From the NCBI GenBank assembly GCA_040880745.1, contig JBBDHX010000010.1, positions 93,040 to 157,039 of the forward strand: a stretch of 64,000 bases of DNA, written 5' to 3'. Within the stretch, counting starts at the first letter, position 1. The number at the start of each line of letters is the position of its first letter. This document shows, piece after piece, positions 45,194-52,292 of this stretch. The DNA is from Actinomycetota bacterium. Its GTDB lineage: Bacteria > Actinomycetota > UBA4738 > HRBIN12. The position numbers and the translations under genes are program-made. The notes under the pieces are model-generated. The model was not told the origin of the DNA, did no database searches, and saw nothing but the letters and a program-made list of their open reading frames with translations.

Positions 45194-45370
45194 ATGGCCG
45201 ACATGGCCTACTGCATGAAGTGCCGTGAGAAGCGTGAGTTCACCGGTTCGCTCGTCACGCTGAAGAACGGCAGGCCCGCGTTGCAAGGCACGTGTGGCGT
45301 GTGCGGGACCAAGCTCACGAAGATCCTGGGCATGGATGCCGCGAAAGCGATGGGCTGGCAAGCGCCCTGA
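45194..45370 (+). CDS. 58-aa zinc-ribbon microprotein (DUF5679-like)
   Basis: It is not in the ORF track because it is under 60 aa. The ATG at 45194 has GGGAGG 6 nt upstream. The product is [58 protein letters not shown], with two CxxC pairs. Confidence 0.65.
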   Translation: MADMAYCMKCREKREFTGSLVTLKNGRPALQGTCGVCGTKLTKILGMDAAKAMGWQAP

Positions 45371-45388
45371 CCTGGACCCAGATCTGAA

Positions 45389-45859
45389 CTAGTTCAGACG
45401 AGAAAGCAGCTCAGCGGTGCTGACGACGACCGCGCCGGATGCTGTCCGGTGGCGGGCCGCGAGGTCCGCCACCGTCGTCTCGTCGAAGACCTTCTGAACG
45501 GCACGGGCCACATCGGCCCAGAACCCTTGCAGCCCACACCGTGAGTCAGCGAAACAGGTGTGATCGGAAGGCTCGAGACAGAACACCGGGTAGAGCTGGC
45601 CCTCGATCGCATCCGCGACCTGGGCCACGGTGATCTCCGCCGGATCGCGCGCCAGCCGGCATCCGCCGCCCGCGCCTCGGAAGCTCTGCACCAGACCGGC
45701 TCTCGACAATGCTCCCAGTTGCTGCTCCAAGAATCGAACGGGGATCTGTTGCCGCTCCGCGATCTGGCGCGCGGGGACCAGCGTGTCCGAGCCCGCCTGC
45801 CCGGCGAGCTCGATCATCGCCCTGATCGCGTACTCGAGCTTCTGCGGGACCTTGAGCAT
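45389..45859 (-). CDS. Rrf2-family transcriptional regulator (three C-terminal Cys, possible Fe-S ligands)
   Basis: I start at the ATG at 45859 (MLKVPQKLEYAIRAMIELA...). The wHTH is QIAERQQIPVRFLEQQLGALSRAGLVQSFRGAGGG. The cysteines lie in FCLEPSDHTCFADSRCG. Confidence 0.88.
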   Translation of the reverse strand: MLKVPQKLEYAIRAMIELAGQAGSDTLVPARQIAERQQIPVRFLEQQLGALSRAGLVQSFRGAGGGCRLARDPAEITVAQVADAIEGQLYPVFCLEPSDHTCFADSRCGLQGFWADVARAVQKVFDETTVADLAARHRTASGAVVVSTAELLSRLN

Positions 45860-45962
45860 CGCTTCAAGGCTACCCGGGATCGGGGGGCAAGCGCGATACG
45901 TTGCATGCCGATACATGACTGCACAGATCCCTGCTCGGCGGGGGTGAAGGAGAAGGATCGGG

Positions 45963-46352
45963 TTGGCGCGCGTACTGGTGATCGATGATGAGCCTGACGT
46001 CCGCTGGTTGCTGCGGCTGAGTCTGGAGCGCGTCGGTCACGAGGTCTTGCTGGCCGAAGACGGCCTTCGCGGGGTCGCGATGGCCCAGAGGCAACGGCCC
46101 GATGCCATCGTGTTGGATCTGATGATGCCGGTGATGGACGGCTACGGCGTCCTCGATGCGCTCGCCAAGGACCCGCGGACGTCGCACGTGCCGGTCATGG
46201 TGCTCACGGCGAAGGCGATCCCCGATGAGAGCGAGAAGGTCGCCGAGGCCGGCGCTCGGCGATTCCTGACCAAACCGTTCGACCCCGATAACCTCGCGGC
46301 GGAACTGGAAGCCCTCCTCGGCGAGCCGCCGGCGCCCCGGACGGGCAGCTAA
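45963..46352 (+). CDS. Stand-alone response-regulator receiver domain (CheY-like, no output domain)
   Basis: TTG start. Receiver motifs seen: VLVIDDEPDVR...DAIVLDLMMPVMDG...MVLTAK. Confidence 0.9.
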   Translation: MARVLVIDDEPDVRWLLRLSLERVGHEVLLAEDGLRGVAMAQRQRPDAIVLDLMMPVMDGYGVLDALAKDPRTSHVPVMVLTAKAIPDESEKVAEAGARRFLTKPFDPDNLAAELEALLGEPPAPRTGS

Positions 46353-46879
46353 GCGGCCAGCGAGGCGGCGAAGTCCTCGCCGACGACGACGACGATCGAG
46401 GCGGAATCCGGCACGACGTCCTTGTACAGCGGGTTGAGGCTTCCAACCTGCGCCCCCTCGAAGAACTCCTTCGCCACGTAGGCGGCGTCGGCCTTGTTCT
46501 GGGCTTCGTCATCACCGGTGCGGTAGTAGACGGTCGTCGTCGAGACGCCCTGGGTCGGGGAGTTGTCGGCGTCGGTCGCGGAGACGTACCCGGCATCCAC
46601 CAGCAACTCTTGCGCGGCTCCCGCCAGGCCTGCGACGCTCGTCCCGTTGAGGGTCATGAACGTAACGCCCGTGGTGTTGGGCTCGGGGCCTTCATCGGGC
46701 CCCCCGGTGGGGGTGGGTGACACCGCGTCGGTCGGTTGCGCTGTCGGGCTCCCGGTCGGGGTGGGCGACCCCGAGGGGGTGGGCGTGACGGTGTCCGGCT
46801 CGAACCCTCTGGAGAGGACGACCGCCCCGACCGCGACGAGCGCGGCGACGACGACGATCCGAGCGGTCCCGAGGTTCAC
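46349..46879 (-). CDS. LytR_C-domain protein with a TM anchor and a Pro/Thr-rich linker
   Basis: The anchor is ARIVVVAALVAVGAVVL and the PT-rich linker follows it. The LytR_C-like core is VTFMTLNGTSVAGLAGAAQELLVDAGY...TTVYYR. It forms a 4-nt convergent stop overlap with the receiver gene. Confidence 0.8.
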   Translation of the reverse strand: MNLGTARIVVVAALVAVGAVVLSRGFEPDTVTPTPSGSPTPTGSPTAQPTDAVSPTPTGGPDEGPEPNTTGVTFMTLNGTSVAGLAGAAQELLVDAGYVSATDADNSPTQGVSTTTVYYRTGDDEAQNKADAAYVAKEFFEGAQVGSLNPLYKDVVPDSASIVVVVGEDFAASLAA

Positions 46880-46914
46880 GGGCTCATCCTACCCAGGAGC
46901 CGGGGGAGCCTGCC

Positions 46915-47193
46915 TCAGGACTGGCGCACCCCCAGCCGATCGGCCACCCTGCGACGACGCCGAGCCGCACGCACGCGCCGAAGCCGGCGCACCGTCATGG
47001 GATCGTGGGCGAGCGCCGCAGGGTCGTCCAGGATCCGCGTGAGCAACTGGTGGTAGCGAGTCATCGACAGACCGAATCGCTCCCGTACGGCGCGCTCCTT
47101 GGACACGGTGAGCTGCCAGGACTCGCGCTCGAGGTCGAGGATCCGGCGGGAGCGCTCATCGAGCCCACGATCCGCCGCCTCCGCTCCGCTCAC
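46915..47193 (-). CDS. DUF3263-like small protein
   Basis: Only the last about 92 aa of the 816-aa track ORF look real (LDERSRRILDLERESWQLTVSKERAVRERFGLSMTRYHQLLTRILDDPAALAHDP...). The start is either the GTG at 47193 or the ATG at 47232. Pairing with a LytR_C gene is usual. Confidence 0.65.
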   Translation of the reverse strand: MSGAEAADRGLDERSRRILDLERESWQLTVSKERAVRERFGLSMTRYHQLLTRILDDPAALAHDPMTVRRLRRVRAARRRRRVADRLGVRQS

Positions 47194-47295
47194 CGGCGCA
47201 GGCTCCCATCCCCCGGGCCACGGCGCAAGCATCCGCGCTCGGAGCCGATACAGATGCAGACGCACCGTGATGAGAGGATGCCCGAAGGGAGCCGC

Positions 47296-49494
47296 ATGAT
47301 CGAGGAGCCAGCGCCAACCCCGGCCACGCGGGGGGACGAAGATCGGTCCGTCGCGCACCTGCGCATGCTCCACTCCCTGGGCGTCACGCTGAACAGCCTC
47401 ACCGACGTGGGCGCCATCGGAGAGGCCGTCACCGCCGAACTCGGGACGCTGATCGACTATCACAACTGCCGGGTCTATCTCCTGCAGCCCGACGGCACCA
47501 CACTGATGCCCATCGCCTTCCGCGGCGAGCTCCTGGTCGACTTCCCCGAGTACACACAGGAAACGTACGAAGAGCTGATCACGCAGATGGGCGAGGGGAT
47601 CACCGGCACCGTCGCCGCCACGCGGACCTCGCTGCTCACGCCCGACGCGCGGGAGGTCGCGTTCTCCGTGACCATCCCGGGCACGGACGACGACCTGCTG
47701 GAGTCGATGCTCGCCGTACCGATGCTGGCCGGCGAGGACGTGGTCGGTGTCATCGTCCTGTCGAGCCTGGGTTACGGGAAGTTCGACGAAGACGACCAGC
47801 GGCTGCTCGAGGTGCTGGCCGCCCACGCGGGGGCGGCGTTCAAGACGGCGCGACTGATCGAAGCCGAGCGCGGGGCAGCGCAGACGGCCGCAGCCCTGTT
47901 CGCGCTCTCCCAGAGCCTCACGTCCAAACGCAACGCGGGCGAGATCTTCCTCGAGGCGCTCGAGAGACTTCCGTCGATCGTGGGCTGCCAGGCCACCGCT
48001 GCCTATGTGCAAGACCTCAGCACGGGCGCCTTCAAGCTGGCCCAGGTGCACGGGGAAGACGGCGCAGCGCTCCGCGCACGAGGGGACATCCGTGACGTGC
48101 CGGTGGAGTTGGCCTCCGGGTTCCTCCAAGGGAACCTCGAGCCGTTCGTGGTCCCGGTGGAGATCGCCGAGCAGGTGCCACGCGACGTATGGTTCGTCGA
48201 GGAGACGAGCGACGTCCTGGTCACACCACTCGTGTGGGAGCCGGACGGGTTCGGGGCGATCGTCGCCGTCGCTCGACCGGGCGAGTCGTTCACCGACGCC
48301 GACATCCGGTTCGCCAAGGGCCTCACGGACATCACGTCCCTGGCGCTCGGCAACGCACGGCGCCTGTCGGAACTGGAGCGATTCCACGAGTTGGTGGAGA
48401 GCCTGGACGCCACGTTCTGGGAGGCTGAGGGCGCCGACCTCACGTTCACCTTCGTCGGCGGACGTGCGGCGGAGGGCCTCGGCGAGGGTGCGGCGGGCTG
48501 GCCCACCAGCGAGCAGCGATGGGGGGATCACATCGCGGCAGCGGACAGGCAGAGCGCCCTCGATGCGTGTCGCGACGCGATCGCGCACCGCGTCGATGCG
48601 AACCTCGAATACCGGCTGGCTGCGGAGGAGGGAACCGAAGCGACGTGGGTGCGGGACCTCGTCCATGTGGTACGCAGGCCACAGGGCGGCACGCTCCGCG
48701 GGCTCATGGTGGACATCACGGAGCGCAAGCAGGCAGAAGAAGCGCTGCGCGCCTCCGAGCGCAAGTACAGCGATGCCTTCCGCCGCGAGCGCGAGGCCGC
48801 ACAGCAACTCCGAGCCTTGGACGAGATGAAGAACACGTTCCTGGAAGCCGTCTCCCATGATCTCCGGACGCCGCTCACGTCGATCCTCGGATCGGCACTC
48901 ACGCTCGAGCGATCGCAGCTCAGCATCGCCGAGGAGGACGCGCTCGACCTCGTGCGTCGCATCGCGACGAACGCCCGGAAACTCGAACGGCTCCTCGGCG
49001 ACCTCCTCGACCTCGACCGCCTCCAGCGCGGCATCGTGGCCCCACAGCGACGCCCCACCGACCTCGCCGAGCTGATCCATCGGGCCGTCGCCGAAACGGA
49101 GAATCCACAGGCACGCACGATCACCGTCGAGGCGGCGCCCGTCGTCGCGTCGCTCGATGGCGCGAAGGTCGAACGGATCGTCGAGAACCTGGTGGCGAAC
49201 GCGCTCCGCCACACCGACGTCGAGGCGCATGTCTGGGTGCGAGCAGAAGCGCGTGACGGAGGCGTGCTCATCGCGGTGGACGACGACGGACCCGGCATCC
49301 CGGCCGAGCTCCGCGACGAGGTGTTCGAGCCGTTCCGCCAAGCGCCCGGCTCCGCGGCCGAGCACTCACCGGGCGTCGGCATCGGGCTCTCGCTCGTCCG
49401 ACGGTTCGCCGAACTGCACGGCGGACGGGCCTGGGTGCAGGAGCGTGAAGGCGGAGGGGGCTCGTCCTTCCGCGTGCTCCTGCCAGCAGGCTGA
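47296..49494 (+). CDS. GAF-GAF-PAS sensor histidine kinase
   Basis: The ATG at 47296 is preceded by GAAGGGAG. The H-box is FLEAVSHDLRTPL. The ATPase blocks are ENLVANALRHT, DDDGPGIP and GVGIGLSLV. There are no TM segments. Confidence 0.9.
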   Translation: MIEEPAPTPATRGDEDRSVAHLRMLHSLGVTLNSLTDVGAIGEAVTAELGTLIDYHNCRVYLLQPDGTTLMPIAFRGELLVDFPEYTQETYEELITQMGEGITGTVAATRTSLLTPDAREVAFSVTIPGTDDDLLESMLAVPMLAGEDVVGVIVLSSLGYGKFDEDDQRLLEVLAAHAGAAFKTARLIEAERGAAQTAAALFALSQSLTSKRNAGEIFLEALERLPSIVGCQATAAYVQDLSTGAFKLAQVHGEDGAALRARGDIRDVPVELASGFLQGNLEPFVVPVEIAEQVPRDVWFVEETSDVLVTPLVWEPDGFGAIVAVARPGESFTDADIRFAKGLTDITSLALGNARRLSELERFHELVESLDATFWEAEGADLTFTFVGGRAAEGLGEGAAGWPTSEQRWGDHIAAADRQSALDACRDAIAHRVDANLEYRLAAEEGTEATWVRDLVHVVRRPQGGTLRGLMVDITERKQAEEALRASERKYSDAFRREREAAQQLRALDEMKNTFLEAVSHDLRTPLTSILGSALTLERSQLSIAEEDALDLVRRIATNARKLERLLGDLLDLDRLQRGIVAPQRRPTDLAELIHRAVAETENPQARTITVEAAPVVASLDGAKVERIVENLVANALRHTDVEAHVWVRAEARDGGVLIAVDDDGPGIPAELRDEVFEPFRQAPGSAAEHSPGVGIGLSLVRRFAELHGGRAWVQEREGGGGSSFRVLLPAG

Positions 49495-49504
49495 CCCACC
49501 CTCC

Positions 49505-50068
49505 TCAGATGAACAGCGTGACGGCGTCTTGTGCTTCGGCGAGCGCCGTGGTGGCACCCGCGGGCTCCGCGAGCCCGTCGATCAGGTCCTCGGTCGTGAG
49601 CCCGAGCAGGTCCATCGTCATCTGGCACGGGATCATGCGAACACCCAGGTCGCGCGCCACCTCGAGCAGTTCGCTCGGGGACGCCACGTGGTGCTCCTCA
49701 GCCAGCCGCTTCATCATCGCCGGCCCCGCCCCGGCGAACTGCATCTTCGACAGGGGTAGGTGCTCGGTACCTCCGCGGTTCATCATCGAGAGCATCTTCT
49801 GCATCCAGTTCTCCCCGGTGATCCGAACGTCGTTCTTCACCAACGGGAAGAGTCCCCAGAACGTGAAGAACACCGTGGTCGGCATCCCCATCGCGGCGGC
49901 GGTGGTCGCCAGGATGAACGTCGGCCATACGCGATCCAGCTCGCCGCTCCACGCGAAGATCACCAGCTTGCGATGCGTGGCGCTCTCGTGCTCGTGTGCG
50001 TCCATCCGCGCCTGCAGCGCGGCGAGCATCTCTTCGTACGCCGTTGGTTGCAGCGTCTGGGTCGTCAT
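49505..50068 (-). CDS. DsrE2/DrsE_2-like (DsrE/DsrF/DrsH family) protein
   Basis: The ATG at 50068 is preceded by GTGAGGA. Motifs seen: KLVIFAWSGELDRVWPTFILATTAAAMG and the conserved Cys context RMIPCQMTMDLLG. Confidence 0.75.
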   Translation of the reverse strand: MTTQTLQPTAYEEMLAALQARMDAHEHESATHRKLVIFAWSGELDRVWPTFILATTAAAMGMPTTVFFTFWGLFPLVKNDVRITGENWMQKMLSMMNRGGTEHLPLSKMQFAGAGPAMMKRLAEEHHVASPSELLEVARDLGVRMIPCQMTMDLLGLTTEDLIDGLAEPAGATTALAEAQDAVTLFI

Positions 50069-50075
50069 CAGATCC

Positions 50076-50318
50076 TCACGCCTTCCTGATGAGGAAGCGG
50101 AACACGCCCGCGCCCTCGGTCTGTTCCACCAGTTCGTGACCCGTGGTGCGCGCCCACGCGGCGAAGTCCGGGACCGAACCCGGGTCCGTCGCGAACGCCT
50201 CCAGCACGTCACCCGGTCGCAGGTCGCGGATCGCCATCGCGGTCTTCGCGATCGGCAAGGGGCACGCGAGCCCCTTGAGGTCGAGGGTCTTCGCGATCGT
50301 CACGTCCATCGTCCTCAT
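50076..50318 (-). CDS. TusA/SirA-family sulfurtransferase
   Basis: The CPxP motif is LDLKGLACPLPIAKT. The ATG at 50318 forms an ATGA overlap with the SQR stop. Confidence 0.85.
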   Translation of the reverse strand: MRTMDVTIAKTLDLKGLACPLPIAKTAMAIRDLRPGDVLEAFATDPGSVPDFAAWARTTGHELVEQTEGAGVFRFLIRKA

Positions 50319-51484
50319 GCTCCCTTCGGCATCGTCCCGGGCGCGCGCTCCGGCAACCGGCCCTGCGGCACGGTCTCCCAATACGCACGGTTGAAGATCC
50401 ATTTCGCCATGTGCCACGCCCGGCTCGGCTGCGGCGGCACCGGCGGGTGCTCGTAGTCGAACCGCAGGGCCGTCGCCTTGCCGTCACCGGTCTCCAGGAA
50501 ACACATGACCCGGCCGCCGTAGTTCTCCTTCGGGGCCGTCCCCTTGACCATCGAGGCGATCCGGCTCGCGATCACCGGAGCCTCGAAGTGAGCGGTCGAT
50601 CCTGACTTCGAGATGGGCAGGTTGGTCGCATCGCCGAGAGCGAAGACGGCGTCCTGACCCTCCACCTGCAGGGTGTGCTTGTCGGTCGGCAACCAGCCCC
50701 CGGCATCTCCGAGGTTCGACTCGCGAACCACCTGCTGTCCCTCGTGCGGTGGGACCAGGACGAGCAGGTCGTACTCGCGCTTCTCCCCTTCGAGCGATGA
50801 CACGCTGCCGGCGCCGGGATCGACCTCCTCGACGTTGAAGAAGGTGGCGAGCTCGATGTCCCGAGCAGCCATGATCGGTTGGATCAGCGCGGACGCGGAC
50901 TCGATCGTGAACGCTCGGTTGAGCGGCGACAGCAGCGTCACCTCGCTCTGGTCGCGGATGCCGCGGTCGCGCAGGTAGCCGTCCACCATCATGGTGAACT
51001 CGACCGGCGCGGGCGGGCACTTGTACGGGATGCCTGCCACACCGACGAGCAACCGCCCCCCGTGGAATCGCCGGAGCTCCTCACGCAGCCGTTCGGCGTC
51101 CTGCAGCGAGTAGAAGCCGTAGGACCCCTCGAGCAGACCGGGGATCTTCTCGTGGACCAGGCGGGCGCCTGTCGCCATGATGAGGTAGTCGTAGGGCAAG
51201 CTCCCGCCGCGCGCCAGCTGTACCGTGTGCGCCTCGGGGTGCACGCGCACGGCTTCTTCGATCGCCAGGTCGACGTTCGGGCGCAGGAGCGTCCGCTCGT
51301 CGCGGGACAGCCAGTGCCCGCTCGCCTGACCGAGCGCGACGTAGAGATACCCCGGCTGGTAGTCGTGCATGCCCGTGGGATCCACCACGGTGACATGGAC
51401 GTCGCGACCGAGGCCCTTATCGAGGAGGTTCGCCACGAGGGTGCCTCCGACGCCTCCGCCCAGCACCACGACGCGTGCGGGCAT
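50315..51484 (-). CDS. sqr: Sulfide:quinone oxidoreductase-type FAD-dependent oxidoreductase
   Basis: The ATG at 51484 is preceded by GGTGAGGA. The FAD motif is VVVLGGGVGGT. The candidate redox Cys contexts are IPYKCPPAPVE and RVMCFLETGDG. ALGDA is also present. Confidence 0.85.
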   Translation of the reverse strand: MPARVVVLGGGVGGTLVANLLDKGLGRDVHVTVVDPTGMHDYQPGYLYVALGQASGHWLSRDERTLLRPNVDLAIEEAVRVHPEAHTVQLARGGSLPYDYLIMATGARLVHEKIPGLLEGSYGFYSLQDAERLREELRRFHGGRLLVGVAGIPYKCPPAPVEFTMMVDGYLRDRGIRDQSEVTLLSPLNRAFTIESASALIQPIMAARDIELATFFNVEEVDPGAGSVSSLEGEKREYDLLVLVPPHEGQQVVRESNLGDAGGWLPTDKHTLQVEGQDAVFALGDATNLPISKSGSTAHFEAPVIASRIASMVKGTAPKENYGGRVMCFLETGDGKATALRFDYEHPPVPPQPSRAWHMAKWIFNRAYWETVPQGRLPERAPGTMPKGA

Positions 51485-51489
51485 CGTCC

Positions 51490-51729
51490 TCACCTCGCCT
51501 TCTGGACCACGAACCGTGCGAAGCCGTCTTCGGCGACGACCTCGAGCAGACGGTGCTGCGCCTTCGTGATCCAGGCCGGGATGTCGGTCTTCGAACCCTC
51601 GTCCGTGGACAAGACCTCGAGGACGTCGCCGACCTGGCCCTCGCGGATGGCCCCGATCAGACTCATCAGCGGGCCGGGGCACGGCATCCCGCGGGCGTCG
51701 ATCGTCCTGGTGATGTCGGTTGTCGTCAT
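51490..51729 (-). CDS. TusA/SirA-family sulfurtransferase
   Basis: The CPxP motif is IDARGMPCPGPLMSL. It is 79 aa long and lies 5 nt upstream of the sqr start. Confidence 0.88.
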   Translation of the reverse strand: MTTTDITRTIDARGMPCPGPLMSLIGAIREGQVGDVLEVLSTDEGSKTDIPAWITKAQHRLLEVVAEDGFARFVVQKAR

Positions 51730-51743
51730 CGTGGGTACCTCCT

Positions 51744-52145
51744 TCAGATGAACGTCACGGGTCCGTCGGCGGCCGCGAAGAACGAGGCGACGCCCCAGAC
51801 GCCGTCGACCATGGGGTCGAGATCTTCCTGGGTGATGTGGAACATCTCCATCGAGTCCGAGCAGGCGTACACGTGCACCTCGCCGATGTCCTTGCTTTGA
51901 CGCAGCAGCTCGCTCCAGTGGGTCTTGCCCTGATCACGCATCGCTGCTTCACCGTCGGGCCCGGCCTCCGGCGCAACGCCGTGGTCCTTGAGGATGCGGT
52001 CGGCGCGGAAGGCATCCAGCGCCCAGTACTGCAGGAACAGGTTGACGTCGCGGCCCATCGCAGCGGCGCCCACCGTGAGGACCGCCGCGGCCTGCAGTTT
52101 GTCGTCGGTCCCGGAGAACAGGGCGAGGGAGAGGGTGTCGCTCAT
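51744..52145 (-). CDS. DsrE/DsrF-family sulfur-relay protein
   Basis: The product starts MSDTLSLALFSGTDDKLQAAAVLTVGAAAMG. The conserved Cys context is VHVYACSDSMEMF. It is the first gene of the string. Confidence 0.8.
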   Translation of the reverse strand: MSDTLSLALFSGTDDKLQAAAVLTVGAAAMGRDVNLFLQYWALDAFRADRILKDHGVAPEAGPDGEAAMRDQGKTHWSELLRQSKDIGEVHVYACSDSMEMFHITQEDLDPMVDGVWGVASFFAAADGPVTFI

Positions 52146-52292
52146 CGTGTGCTCCTCGTGGTCGGTTCGTTACCAACAGCTTCGAACACCAGCGGGAGCG
52201 GAGGGTGAGCCATGGGGCCCTGCCATGAAGGGCCCTCTGCGGGAACGATCGGGGCGGGCGGGCGTTCGCCGGACCGCGATAGGGTCCGCGGC

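Noticed and set aside
46640-46810. Repetitive GGTGGG/CCCGGTCGGGGTGGG-like DNA that could look like a short repeat array.
   Set aside because: It is the coding sequence of the Pro/Thr/Gly/Ser-rich linker of the LytR_C protein (TPTPSGSPTPTGSPTAQPT...SPTPTGGP). The repeats are imperfect and in frame, and there are no unique spacers. It is not CRISPR.
46915-49365. An 816-aa minus-strand ORF covering the histidine-kinase locus.
   Set aside because: Only its last about 92-105 codons (46915..47193/47232) read like a real protein (DUF3263-like). The rest is the antisense shadow of the GAF-GAF-PAS kinase gene, whose motifs are unambiguous.
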